Below, in pieces: positions 8,147-17,414 of a DNA stretch of 47,482 bases. The notes beneath the pieces were generated by a model. That model was not told where the DNA came from and ran no database searches. It saw only the letters and a program-made list of their open reading frames with translations. A program made the translations under genes and the position numbers. Numbering within the stretch: position 1 is the first letter of the stretch; every line of letters begins with the position of its first letter. The stretch comes from Patescibacteria group bacterium (GTDB lineage: Bacteria > Patescibacteriota > Patescibacteriia > UBA9629): the NCBI GenBank assembly GCA_038078695.1, contig JBBTVS010000012.1, forward strand, positions 1-47,482, given 5' to 3'.

Positions 8147-8989
8147 ATGATTAAAACAACGACTATAAAAACAATAACCGAAGATAAACTAAATAAACTA
8201 ATAAACGACCATCTTTCTAGTTTACCAAAAATAGGCGACATTGTAAAAGGCAAAATACTATCCACAGACAAATCACAAATAACAATAGACATAGAAGGTT
8301 TTACCACCGGCATTGTCCGAGGCAGGGAGATTAAAAACCTGCCTGAAGAATGCACCAAGCTTAAACCTGGAGACGAAATTCATGCCATGGTTATAGATTT
8401 AGATAACGAAAACGGACAAATGGAACTCTCTTTAAAATCAGCTTTAGCAGCTGGCGCGTGGCAGTTTATTAAAGAGAAAGAAAAATCCCAAGAAATTATA
8501 GAAGTTAAAATTAAAGGCGCCAACAAAGGAGGCTTGCTTTCTAATATTCGCGGCATACCGGCATTTTTGCCAGTTTCCCAATTAAGCCGTGAAAACTATC
8601 CAAAAGTTGAAGGAGGAGACAAAAAGAAAATCTTTAAAAAACTAAGAAGCTTAATCGGAAAAACGCTTACAGTTAAAATCATCGGCTCCAGCGCAGAAGA
8701 AGAAAAAATAATCTTATCAGAAAAACGCGCAAGAGAAGAACAAATAAAGGCATCCATGCAAAAATTTAAACCAGGCGATATTGTAGAAGGAAAAATTACA
8801 AGAATCGCCAATTTTGGGGCTTTTATAACATTCGCCGACGACTTGGAAGGTCTAATCCACATCTCTGAAATACCTATAGATGATAAAAGACAGATAAATC
8901 TTTTGGTTGACGATCAAGTTAAAGCTAAAATTATTGACATTAAAGGCTCAAGAGTTTTCTTATCATTAAAAAATATAAATAATGAATAA
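8147..8989 (+). CDS. S1 RNA-binding domain protein (reduced ribosomal protein S1-like, about 3 S1 domains)
   Basis: Repeated S1 motifs: GDIVKGKILS...GIVRG, IEVKIKGANKGGLLSNIRGIPAFLPVSQL and GDIVEGKITRIANFGAFITFADDLEGLIHISE. Confidence 0.75.
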   Translation: MIKTTTIKTITEDKLNKLINDHLSSLPKIGDIVKGKILSTDKSQITIDIEGFTTGIVRGREIKNLPEECTKLKPGDEIHAMVIDLDNENGQMELSLKSALAAGAWQFIKEKEKSQEIIEVKIKGANKGGLLSNIRGIPAFLPVSQLSRENYPKVEGGDKKKIFKKLRSLIGKTLTVKIIGSSAEEEKIILSEKRAREEQIKASMQKFKPGDIVEGKITRIANFGAFITFADDLEGLIHISEIPIDDKRQINLLVDDQVKAKIIDIKGSRVFLSLKNINNE

Positions 8990-10832
8990 ACTCACTAAAC
9001 AATTTATATTGCTTTTTTTGATCTTTATAATCTTAGCGGCTATTTTATCCAATACAAAAGTGCCTTGGCAGACAAAAAAACCAGAAAAAATTCCATTTAG
9101 CCAATTAGCATCCTTAATTGAACAAAAACAAGTATCAGAAATTAAGATCAATGCGCAAGGCGAACTTAACATCAAATTAAACGACGGTTCGTTTAAAAAA
9201 AGTTGGCAGATAAGCAACGACTCCTTAATCAGCACTCTTAAAGATTATGGCCTGCCAAGCGAAGTTTTAAAAAATATCAACATAGAAGCTGAACCAAAAA
9301 GCAATTGGGGTAATTTGCTAGGTTTTTTGATACCAACTATGCTGCCGTTTTTGCTTTTGGGGGGACTGCTTTATTTTTTCTACCGCCAAGCCCAGGGTTT
9401 AAGCAGTAAAACATTTTCTTTTGGCAGCAACGCCGGCAAGCAAGTAAACTTGCAAAAAGGCGGCAAAAAAGAGCCGGGAGATAAAGAAAAAACAAAATTT
9501 AAAGATATCGCTGGCGCTAAAGAAGCTAAGGAAGAATTGATTGAAGTTATTGATTTTTTAAACAACCCTAAAAAATTTACTGATTTAGGCGCCAGAATTC
9601 CAAGGGGCGTGCTTTTAATAGGTCCGCCCGGTTGCGGAAAAACATTGCTGGCTAAGGCAGTGGCAGGAGAAGCCGAAGTGCCGTTTTTCCATATTTCAGG
9701 CTCAGAATTTATGGAACTATTTGTTGGCGTAGGAGCCTCCAGAGTAAGAGGTCTTTTTCAAAAAGCTAAACGTCATGCCCCATGTATTATCTTTATTGAT
9801 GAATTAGACAGCATCGGCCGCAAGCGCGGAATCGGTTTTGGAGGAGCGCATGATGAAAGAGATCAAACTTTAAATCAAATTTTAGTGGAAATGGACGGAT
9901 TTGAAACAGACGTCAATGTTATAGTAATGGCTGCAACCAATCGTCCTGATGTTTTGGACCCGGCCTTGCTGCGGCCAGGGAGATTTGATCGGCGCGTGGC
10001 TCTGGAATTGCCGGATATTGACGCCAGAGAGGAAATTCTTAAAGTGCACATCAACGGCAAACCGCTTTCAAAAGAAGTGAATTTAAGAAGAGTAGCCGAA
10101 CGCACGCCCGGATTCTCCGGCGCGGATTTGGCTAACTTAATGAATGAAGCGGCGATTTTCGCAGCTAAACTAAATAAAAAAGAAATCTCTATGGATGAGC
10201 TTCTTCCTAGCATAGAAAAAGTCCTGCTTGGACCAGAGCGCAAAAGCCGAATTTTAGGCGACAAAGAAAAACAAATTACCGCTTATCACGAAGCAGGCCA
10301 TGCTGTGGTAGCCCACATTCTGCCGCACACCGACCCTGTGCATAAAATCTCTATTATCTCGCGAGGACAAGCAGGCGGCTATACATTAAAAGTGCCTGAA
10401 AACGACAAGCATCTGCATACTAAAGCGGAATTTATAGATGATCTGTCAGTATCTATGGGCGGATTAGCCGCGGAAAAATTTAAATTTCAAGAAATGACAA
10501 CCGGGGCCAGCGGAGATCTAAAACATGCCGCTCGCTTGGCGCGCAAAATAGTCGTTCAATACGGCATGAGCGACAAAATTGGCCCAATTGCTTTTGAATC
10601 AGAAGACGGCAACGGCTATGGCGCATACCCATGGGATGAAATTTCTAATCACTACAGCGATAAAACCTTAGAAGAAATTGATGAGGAGATTGCTGATATT
10701 TTAAAAACAGCTTATAATAAAGCAGGGGAAATTATTAAAAAACATCAAGATAAATTAGAATTAATTGCTGAAAAATTATTAAAACAAGAAACTATAGAAA
10801 AAGAAGAGTTTGAAAAATTGATGAAAACTTAA
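8982..10832 (+). CDS. ftsH: ATP-dependent zinc metalloprotease FtsH
   Basis: Two N-terminal TM segments, Walker A GPPGCGKT, Walker [12 protein letters not shown] region [20 protein letters not shown], and zinc site HEAGHA. Confidence 0.95.
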   Translation: MNKLTKQFILLFLIFIILAAILSNTKVPWQTKKPEKIPFSQLASLIEQKQVSEIKINAQGELNIKLNDGSFKKSWQISNDSLISTLKDYGLPSEVLKNINIEAEPKSNWGNLLGFLIPTMLPFLLLGGLLYFFYRQAQGLSSKTFSFGSNAGKQVNLQKGGKKEPGDKEKTKFKDIAGAKEAKEELIEVIDFLNNPKKFTDLGARIPRGVLLIGPPGCGKTLLAKAVAGEAEVPFFHISGSEFMELFVGVGASRVRGLFQKAKRHAPCIIFIDELDSIGRKRGIGFGGAHDERDQTLNQILVEMDGFETDVNVIVMAATNRPDVLDPALLRPGRFDRRVALELPDIDAREEILKVHINGKPLSKEVNLRRVAERTPGFSGADLANLMNEAAIFAAKLNKKEISMDELLPSIEKVLLGPERKSRILGDKEKQITAYHEAGHAVVAHILPHTDPVHKISIISRGQAGGYTLKVPENDKHLHTKAEFIDDLSVSMGGLAAEKFKFQEMTTGASGDLKHAARLARKIVVQYGMSDKIGPIAFESEDGNGYGAYPWDEISNHYSDKTLEEIDEEIADILKTAYNKAGEIIKKHQDKLELIAEKLLKQETIEKEEFEKLMKT

Positions 10833-10834
10833 AG

Positions 10835-11839
10835 ATGAGTTCTTATCGCCAAATTCTAAAAAAATCTTTCCAGCTAACTGCCCGCAACAAAATATTGTGG
10901 ATTTTAGGATTTTTAGCCGCCCTTTTAGGCAATGGCGGGGAATATGACATTTTTTTTAGCAATTTAAACAAAATATCAGAAACAGACATTACTTTAAAAA
11001 CATTATCAAGTTTATTTTCGTCAAATTTTATCGCCAATAGCGCTTTTGTCTATATTAAAAATCTAATCGCGGCACAACAGCCAATTATAAGCTTTTTAGT
11101 ACTTCTCTTATTGGGCGGCTTGATTTATTTAACAATCACGGCTCAAGGCGCGCTTATAGCGAGCATATACAAATTAGTTAAAAAAAAATACCAGCCGCGT
11201 TCCAGCTCTATTGCCGTTAAAAAAGGATGGCTTAAAATCAGGGGAAAATTTTGGGAGCTGTTTTTTACCAATCTGATTTTTAAAGGCGGAGGCATAGTGC
11301 TGGCATTTTTAATTTCAATGCCTTTTGTTATTCTTTTATCAAGTTTTACTGATTTATCCATTGCATCAACAGTTATGATAGCGGGCGGCTTAATTTTTAC
11401 GCCTTTAGTTATTATAGTTTCCTTTTTAGTTAAATATGCGCTAATATTTATCATCGTGAAAAATCAAGATCCCGTATCCGCCTTTGCAAGCAGTTTAAAA
11501 TTATGGCAAAATAACTGGCTGATCACTGGAGAAGTAGCTATAATATTATTTGTCTTAAATTTATTCGTCGGCATTGCCGCCTTTATAGGCGCTTTAATTC
11601 TTTCTTTCCCGATTATTGCCGCGGTGGCTTTAATAATACATCCATTGGCTTTGCCTGACGGCTATTACTTTACTATCATCGCATGGATTTTAATAATTAT
11701 CCTGCCAATATTAGGTAGCTTATTTGCCGTGTTTCAATACGGCGCATGGACAATTCTGTTTGCCAAAATTACCAGTCAGCGCCGGATGTACAGTAAATTA
11801 GCCAGAGTTGCGGCGAATTTTTTAGAGAAACTGCCATGA
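10835..11839 (+). CDS. Hypothetical polytopic membrane protein
   Basis: 334 aa with about 6-7 hydrophobic segments. Tightly packed between ftsH (2-nt gap) and yidD (4-nt overlap). No motif recognised. Confidence 0.5.
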   Translation: MSSYRQILKKSFQLTARNKILWILGFLAALLGNGGEYDIFFSNLNKISETDITLKTLSSLFSSNFIANSAFVYIKNLIAAQQPIISFLVLLLLGGLIYLTITAQGALIASIYKLVKKKYQPRSSSIAVKKGWLKIRGKFWELFFTNLIFKGGGIVLAFLISMPFVILLSSFTDLSIASTVMIAGGLIFTPLVIIVSFLVKYALIFIIVKNQDPVSAFASSLKLWQNNWLITGEVAIILFVLNLFVGIAAFIGALILSFPIIAAVALIIHPLALPDGYYFTIIAWILIIILPILGSLFAVFQYGAWTILFAKITSQRRMYSKLARVAANFLEKLP

Positions 11840-12066
11840 AAATTGTTTTGCTAAAAATTATTCGTTTGTATCAAAAAACATTATCGCGAGATCACGGGCT
11901 TTTAAAAATTCTAAAACCTTTTGGCCAGTGTCGTTTTTATCCAACCTGCTCCGAGTTTAGCTATCAAGCTATTGAAAAATACGGTATAATAAAGGGCGGT
12001 TTTATGAGTGCCAAAAGATTATTGCGATGCAATCCGTGTAGTAAAGGAGGAGTTGATCAAATTTAA
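11836..12066 (+). CDS. yidD: Membrane protein insertion efficiency factor YidD
   Basis: CRFYPTCSEFSYQAIEKYG...RLLRCNP, 76 aa, directly upstream of yidC. Confidence 0.9.
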   Translation: MKIVLLKIIRLYQKTLSRDHGLLKILKPFGQCRFYPTCSEFSYQAIEKYGIIKGGFMSAKRLLRCNPCSKGGVDQI

Positions 12067-12077
12067 AATTAAACCCA

Positions 12078-12833
12078 ATGTCAAATCTATTCAACACTTT
12101 TCTGTACGAGCCAATACTTAATTTGCTGATTTTAATTTACAACATTCTCCCCTTAAAAGACATGGGGATTGCTATTATTTTATTGACGGTTATTTTAAAA
12201 TTTATACTCTGGCCGTTGTCCAAACAGCAAATTGATGCGCAGAAAAAAATGAAAGAACTCCAGCCAAAAATCACGGAAATTAATAAAAAATATAAGGGCG
12301 ATGCGCAAAAACGAGGCTTGGAAACGATGCGCCTTTATAGGGAAAATAAAGCAAATCCAGCTTCCTCGTGCTTGCCGATTTTGCTTCAACTGCCGATTTT
12401 GTGGGCCGTATTTAAAGTCTTTAGAGACGGCTTTAAGCCGGAAACTTTAGATAAATTATACAGTTTTATAGGGAAACCCGAAGTTATAGATAAATTTTTT
12501 CTTAATATAGGCTATTTTGATCTTTCGCGGCCTAATATTTTATTAACGATTATCACTGCCGCTGTTCAATTTTGGCAGACTAAAATGCTTTCAACTGCCA
12601 AGCCGGCAGTTGATTCTCCAGAGACTAAAGACGAGGGCATGCAGGCTGTTTTAAACAAACAGATGATCTATTTGATGCCGGCAATTACTCTATTTATCGG
12701 ATTAAAGCTCCCGAGCGGCTTAATGCTGTATTGGTTAGTTTCTACAATTTTAATGGGCGTTCAGCAGTGGTGGCAGTTTAGAAATAGCGCAAAGCTAAAA
12801 GTGAAAGGCGTAAAACCACAGTTAAAAACTTAA
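12078..12833 (+). CDS. yidC: Membrane protein insertase YidC (short, Gram-positive/CPR-type)
   Basis: AIILLTVILKFILWPL, MKELQPKI, ANPASSCLPILLQLPILWAVF and SGLMLYWLVSTILMGVQQW. Confidence 0.9.
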   Translation: MSNLFNTFLYEPILNLLILIYNILPLKDMGIAIILLTVILKFILWPLSKQQIDAQKKMKELQPKITEINKKYKGDAQKRGLETMRLYRENKANPASSCLPILLQLPILWAVFKVFRDGFKPETLDKLYSFIGKPEVIDKFFLNIGYFDLSRPNILLTIITAAVQFWQTKMLSTAKPAVDSPETKDEGMQAVLNKQMIYLMPAITLFIGLKLPSGLMLYWLVSTILMGVQQWWQFRNSAKLKVKGVKPQLKT

Positions 12834-12882
12834 AGTTTTTAGTTTTTAGCTTTACGCTTTTAGTTTTTAGCTTTACGCTTTT
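12834..12882. repeat. Tandem 21-mer (3 x 7 nt) repeat: agttttt + 2 x agtttttagctttacgctttt
   Basis: Exact copies at 12841-12861 and 12862-12882, preceded by a partial unit at 12834-12840. Fills the whole yidC-DUF721 spacer. Confidence 0.9.
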
Positions 12883-12886
12883 AATA

Positions 12887-13183
12887 ATGTTTCATCCTCT
12901 CAAAACTCTTATACCTCAATTTATGGCCAAATACAAAATCGCCTCGCAAATAGAGGCGGTTTTAATATGCCAAGAAACTGATAAAATTATTAAAGAGATT
13001 GTTGATGAATCTGCTCTGCAGAATACCAAAGCAGCTTATCTTAAAGATAATATTTTAACTCTTAAAACTGATTCCGCATCAATAGCTTCTGAATTAAAAC
13101 TCTACGAGTCCGCTATTTTAGAAAGCTTAGCTGCCAAATTCCCGAAAGTGAAGATTGGCGGTTTGAGGTTTTTGGTGGAGTAA
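12887..13183 (+). CDS. DUF721/DciA-like small protein
   Basis: 98 aa. The pattern ...AAYLKDNILTLKTDSASIASELKLYESAILESL...IGGLRFLV matches the DUF721 layout (..L.v.v.s..wa.eL......i...l.......i.f.v). Recognition by eye only. Confidence 0.45.
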   Translation: MFHPLKTLIPQFMAKYKIASQIEAVLICQETDKIIKEIVDESALQNTKAAYLKDNILTLKTDSASIASELKLYESAILESLAAKFPKVKIGGLRFLVE

Positions 13184-13239
13184 AAGAAAAAACCGCGCCT
13201 ATATTACCTTCTTTTGATTGGCGCGGGTTAGAAAAAGTT

Positions 13240-14631
13240 TTAGAACAGCCCTTGAGACTTCAGGCTATTCCATAGGTTTTCAAACGGATCCCGCAGATGC
13301 GGAAACCGTTTGATTTTATTTTCACAGTGTCGACGGTAGACGTCGCTGGAAAAAAATTGATTGGACAACTCTGCGCGAATCTGCTTATACTCCTCTGGAG
13401 TAAAGTTTGCATTTGGCAGAATGGGCGCCTCGGTTGTCCATCTAGAAAAGCCCTCGGTCAAAAACCGTCTTTTCCATTGGTGCCAAAGCACTGTACCCGG
13501 AAAAGGGATGGCAAAAGTTATTTTAAGATCATCAATGCAGTCCTCTTCCACCAACTCGCGAAGCATGGCTTGGATTTCTGCAATGTCTCCTTTTGTTTCC
13601 CAAGGACTAAGCATTATATATATGCGATTCATAACACCCAAGCCGTCGCACAGCTCAAGCGTCTGCTTAATCGTCGCCCAATCTCCTGTTTTTCCTAAAC
13701 GCCTCCGCATGGAAACAGTCGTTTCCAACCCCCATCCTCCTCTACTCCAACCGGCTGAAACCATCGCCGGATAAATACTCAAATCTTTGATAACAGGAGA
13801 AACAAGGGCAAACCACCTGATGTCTAACTTCTGCTTTTTTATCTCCTCGCACAAAGCGATGACTCTTGATGCGTTGAGATTAAAAGTTAGATCCGTAAAA
13901 GTAAAATGATGTATATCAAATTTTTTTTGAATATACGCCATTTCTTGAACAACTTTTTCCGGTGAACGGTATCTGACTATTTTGCCGCTCATCAAAGTGG
14001 CGTTGCAGAAATTACATCCGAACGGACAGCCACGGCTGTAATAAATTTGAGCGGAATTCGGTTGTACTTCTCCACCAGAACCATACTCGCCCGGGTTAGT
14101 TTTGCTAATTGCTAAAATCTCGGCGTTTCTTACCGGCCAAGGCAAGCTGTCCAAATCCTGAATGAATGGTTGAGGTTCGGCTATAAAAACTTTGTTCTCT
14201 TTTTTATAAGCCACTCCTCGCAACGATTTTAGCTCTCGCTTTCCTTCCAAATATTCCACCAGCTCAACTATGGTTCTTTCTCCTTCGCCAATAACTGCAA
14301 AGTCAATATTTGGATCTAAAGTTATTTTAGGATAACCAGAAGGATGAGGGCCGCCAACCACGACAGTTATTCCCGCATTTATCGCCTTAATTTGCTGAGC
14401 CAATCGCCTTGCCAGCGAATCTTGAAATGTCATCACTGAAAAACCAATTAAGTCAGGCCTCTCTGCTTTAATTTGAGCAAGGTCAAAATAATTTTGCAAA
14501 ATGACCTCATGCCCGGCTCCCTGCAACACTGCTCCCAAACATCCAATGCCTAAATGCTCAGTATACTCAACCGAATGCATCACCGCATCGCCTGCTGTGT
14601 GCTGGATCAAGCCAGCTAAAACGATCTTCAT
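13240..14631 (-). CDS. B12-binding-domain radical SAM protein (class B rSAM), function unknown
   Basis: N-terminal cobalamin-binding-like domain (PDLIGFSVMT, VVVGGPHPS) and rSAM cluster motif YYSRGCPFGCNFCNA. Start set to ATG 14631 (MKIVLAGL); the ORF-track start at 14649 is TTG. Confidence 0.8.
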   Translation of the reverse strand: MKIVLAGLIQHTAGDAVMHSVEYTEHLGIGCLGAVLQGAGHEVILQNYFDLAQIKAERPDLIGFSVMTFQDSLARRLAQQIKAINAGITVVVGGPHPSGYPKITLDPNIDFAVIGEGERTIVELVEYLEGKRELKSLRGVAYKKENKVFIAEPQPFIQDLDSLPWPVRNAEILAISKTNPGEYGSGGEVQPNSAQIYYSRGCPFGCNFCNATLMSGKIVRYRSPEKVVQEMAYIQKKFDIHHFTFTDLTFNLNASRVIALCEEIKKQKLDIRWFALVSPVIKDLSIYPAMVSAGWSRGGWGLETTVSMRRRLGKTGDWATIKQTLELCDGLGVMNRIYIMLSPWETKGDIAEIQAMLRELVEEDCIDDLKITFAIPFPGTVLWHQWKRRFLTEGFSRWTTEAPILPNANFTPEEYKQIRAELSNQFFSSDVYRRHCENKIKRFPHLRDPFENLWNSLKSQGLF

Positions 14632-14656
14632 TCCAAACACCTCTTCCAAAAATTTT

Positions 14657-14685
14657 GTAGAGACAAGCCGAAGGCCTGCCTCTAC
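14657..14685 (-). promoter_or_regulatory. Intercistronic GC-rich hairpin (C-UUCG-G type loop in the minus-strand RNA)
   Basis: gtagagacaagccgaaggcctgcctctac. Outer stem gtagag/ctctac, inner stem with one mismatch. Not followed directly by a U-run, so more likely a processing/stability element than a terminator. Confidence 0.4.
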
Positions 14686-14695
14686 GGTTAAGTGC

Positions 14696-15319
14696 CTACT
14701 TAAAACTAACTTTCAACTCCAACCACCCAACTTTAGCATACGGCCTCTCGGTTTCACAACCGAAGTAGCCATCAAAGCTACAATTAGATGGCAGTTTTTG
14801 CGACCAGCCGAACCCGAGTGACCTCGACCACTCTTCGTCGCGAGATTGCCACTCTGTTTGGAACCGAATTTGCCAGCTATCTGAAAGCTGATAGCCGACA
14901 AAGTCCCTGCCCCAATACCATGTGCTACTCTCGCGACGAGGATCGACTTCGGCAACTGACCTAATATAAAAACTATACTGCTTAATAGTCAAGACAATAA
15001 AACTATCAATCTCGACAGTTTTTACTGGCCATTGAGTTTTGGATTTGGATACATCTAACATTAGTGCTAAATATCCAAAAGCCTTCAGACTAATTGGGCC
15101 GATTTTTGTCGCGAATGAAGGGCCAATCCCCGGCATAAGCCATGGTTTCGTCCCTGGCCGGTAAAGAACTTCTGAACTCCAATATCGCCAGTTGTGAAAC
15201 CAATAGTAAGTCGCATCTTGGCCGATTGCCTGCTTCACTTTAAAAACTTCTGTTCCAAAAGCAAAATTCGGGAACAAGAAAATAATTAAAGTTAAGCCGG
15301 CAAAAAACATCCTTCTCAT
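14696..15319 (-). CDS. Hypothetical secreted Trp/aromatic-rich, beta-strand-rich protein
   Basis: Signal peptide MRRMFFAGLTLIIFLFPNFAFG, 12 Trp in 207 aa, alternating hydrophobic patterns, C-terminal GWLELKVSFK. Strong SD (GGAGG, plus-strand cctcc 15329-15333) 9 nt upstream of the ATG. Confidence 0.55.
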   Translation of the reverse strand: MRRMFFAGLTLIIFLFPNFAFGTEVFKVKQAIGQDATYYWFHNWRYWSSEVLYRPGTKPWLMPGIGPSFATKIGPISLKAFGYLALMLDVSKSKTQWPVKTVEIDSFIVLTIKQYSFYIRSVAEVDPRRESSTWYWGRDFVGYQLSDSWQIRFQTEWQSRDEEWSRSLGFGWSQKLPSNCSFDGYFGCETERPYAKVGWLELKVSFK

Positions 15320-15509
15320 GATTTCTCACCTCCTTTATCCGCCAAAATTTAGACGGGTGAAATTTTCAAAGAACAGAAAACAAAGCAATATAGCATATCT
15401 AAAATTTTCATCAAATATTTTTAACAAAAAAATAATAGCATCTACTTATATTTGCTCAAAAATCTTAAATCTGCTATTTTTAAAATAGCCTTAGTAATCG
15501 CTAAACAAA

Positions 15510-16091
15510 ATGACTGTCAAAACAATCGCCAACTTTTTATTTGAACTCGGAATGCTCAAACGGCAAAAGCACTCTGGTTTTGCTTTGGCCGGCGTTCGTA
15601 ATCTTGACTCATTAGCCGACCATACTGTTCGCGCAATTTTTATTGGCTATATTTTGGCTGAATTAGAAGGTGCTGACTCTAATAAAGTGGCTGTGATGCT
15701 TTTAATCCACGACCTGCCGGAATGCCGAGTTGGCGACCATCATAAAATAGCGGCGCGATATTTAAAAACTGACCATGCTGAACGCCGAGCCTTTCTTGAT
15801 CAATTAAAATGCCTGCCAAAGTCAATCCAATCAAAATGGCTTAAACTTTATGATGAAAAACATAAGCGGACGACCAAAGAGGGCATTATTGCTCAAGACG
15901 CGGATTGGTTAGAGACAGCGCTGTCAGCTCGCGAGTTTATGGCTTTAGGCCAAGGCTATAAAGGATTGCAGATTTGGATTGATAATGTTAGAAAAGCTTT
16001 AGAAACAGAGCCAGCGCGTCAATTATTAGATGAAATAGAACGTCAACAGCCGCATGATTGGTGGAAGGGGCTAAAGAAGATGACATATTGA
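15510..16091 (+). CDS. HD-domain phosphohydrolase (YfbR-like 5'-nucleotidase family)
   Basis: SLADHTVRA ... LIHDLPECRVGD ... DADWLE: H...HD...D metal-site pattern. Confidence 0.7.
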   Translation: MTVKTIANFLFELGMLKRQKHSGFALAGVRNLDSLADHTVRAIFIGYILAELEGADSNKVAVMLLIHDLPECRVGDHHKIAARYLKTDHAERRAFLDQLKCLPKSIQSKWLKLYDEKHKRTTKEGIIAQDADWLETALSAREFMALGQGYKGLQIWIDNVRKALETEPARQLLDEIERQQPHDWWKGLKKMTY

Positions 16092-16109
16092 GAATTGAAA
16101 ATTAATCTA

Positions 16110-17381
16110 ATGACTTATCAAAATCTCCAACAACAAGACCCGCAAATCTACGAAGCAATCCAAAACGAGCTCAAGCGCCAGCAGTCGGTTTTAGAAATGA
16201 TTGCTTCGGAAAACATTGTCTCTCAAGCGGTTTTGGAAGCCGCTGGAACAGTGCTGACTAACAAGTATTCTGAAGGCTATCCGGATCATCGCTACTATGC
16301 CGGCAATCAATTTATTGACGTTTGTGAAAAATTAGCGATTGAACGGGCTAAACAGCTTTTCGGATGCGAGCATGTTAATGTCCAGCCCCATGCCGGCTCC
16401 CAGGCCAATATGGAAGCGTATTTCGCGATTTTAGAATTAGGCGATAAAATGTTGGCGATGAACTTGGCTCACGGCGGGCATTTGACCCACGGCTCGCCGG
16501 TAAACTTTTCCGGCAAATTTTACAATGTTGTCCATTACGGAGTTGGTCGTCAAAATGAACGGATTGATATGGATCAAGTGCGCGAATTGGCTCATCAAGA
16601 AAAACCTAAATTGATTTTAGCAGGCGCTTCTGCTTATCCGCGAGAGATTGACTTTAAGGTATTTAGAGAAATCGCTGACGAGGTCGGCGCTTATTTTATG
16701 TCTGACATTGCTCATATTGCAGGATTAATTGCGGCTAAACTTCATCCTGACCCAATCCCCTATTGCGATATTGTTACAACGACAACTCATAAAACCCTTC
16801 GCGGACCAAGAGGAGCGATTATAATGTCAACTGTCAATGACCGTCTGCGGCCTCAAGACAAAAAAAATCTTGCTCAAAAAATAGATAGCGCGGTTTTTCC
16901 AGGAATGCAAGGCGGTCCTTTGGATCACATCATCGCGGCTAAGGCAGTGGCTTTTGGCGAGGCGCTAAGCCCTGAATTTAAAGAATATCAAAAACAAATT
17001 ATTAAAAACGCCAAAGCTCTTGCCGAAGAATTATTAAATCAAGGCTTGCGATTAATTTCCGGCGGCACTGACAATCATTTAATGTTAATTGACGTTACTG
17101 CAATTAGCGGGCTAACTGGCAAAATAGCGGTTAATGCTTTAGATGAAGCCGGCATTTGCTGCAATAAAAATATGATTCCTTATGACCCGCGCTCGCCGTT
17201 TGATCCATCCGGCATCAGGCTTGGCACGCCGGCCTTGACTTCGCGCGGAATGAAAGAGACAGAGATGAAAATTGTTGGTGAGTTAATTGGACGAGTGTTG
17301 AAGAATATTGATAAAAATGATGTTAAGCAGGAGGCAGGCTGTGCGGTTACAGAATTGACAGGCAAATTTCCGATCTATTGA
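16110..17381 (+). CDS. glyA: Serine hydroxymethyltransferase
   Basis: [28 protein letters not shown] and [13 protein letters not shown] (PLP lysine). Start set to ATG 16110; the ORF-track start at 16095 is TTG. Confidence 0.95.
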   Translation: MTYQNLQQQDPQIYEAIQNELKRQQSVLEMIASENIVSQAVLEAAGTVLTNKYSEGYPDHRYYAGNQFIDVCEKLAIERAKQLFGCEHVNVQPHAGSQANMEAYFAILELGDKMLAMNLAHGGHLTHGSPVNFSGKFYNVVHYGVGRQNERIDMDQVRELAHQEKPKLILAGASAYPREIDFKVFREIADEVGAYFMSDIAHIAGLIAAKLHPDPIPYCDIVTTTTHKTLRGPRGAIIMSTVNDRLRPQDKKNLAQKIDSAVFPGMQGGPLDHIIAAKAVAFGEALSPEFKEYQKQIIKNAKALAEELLNQGLRLISGGTDNHLMLIDVTAISGLTGKIAVNALDEAGICCNKNMIPYDPRSPFDPSGIRLGTPALTSRGMKETEMKIVGELIGRVLKNIDKNDVKQEAGCAVTELTGKFPIY

Positions 17382-17411
17382 TATAGATTCCTGCTTTCGC
17401 AGGAATGACAT
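17382..17411 (+). repeat. Hairpin repeat family, copy A (tatagATTCCTGC-tttc-GCAGGAATgacat)
   Basis: 8-bp stem 17387-17394/17399-17406. The identical 31-mer recurs at 21624-21654. Fills the glyA to mgtE-N spacer. Confidence 0.85.
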
Positions 17412-17414
17412 AAT

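Noticed and set aside
13297-13774. Two overlapping plus-strand ORFs of 133 and 137 aa
   Set aside because: They are antisense to the B12-radical SAM gene, whose motifs are unambiguous. Long antisense ORFs are expected in this relatively GC-rich stretch. The same reasoning applies to 9875..10264 in ftsH, 33136..33579 in fba, 36522..36812 in pnp and the other short antisense ORFs in the track.
13240-15319. Higher GC content of the rSAM / secreted-protein cassette as proof of horizontal transfer
   Set aside because: Spot counts give about 45-50 percent GC here. Conserved housekeeping genes such as glyA, galT-like and pnp reach similar or higher values, while spacers and some genes fall to 25-35 percent. 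By-eye GC is therefore not discriminating, and a proper compositional test is needed.
17382-17411. Hairpin repeat family interpreted as Rho-independent terminators
   Set aside because: None of the four copies is followed by a T-run on either strand. Copy A sits 3 nt before the next start codon in an apparent operon, and copy B lies inside the trmD coding region. They are kept as a REP-like repeat family instead.
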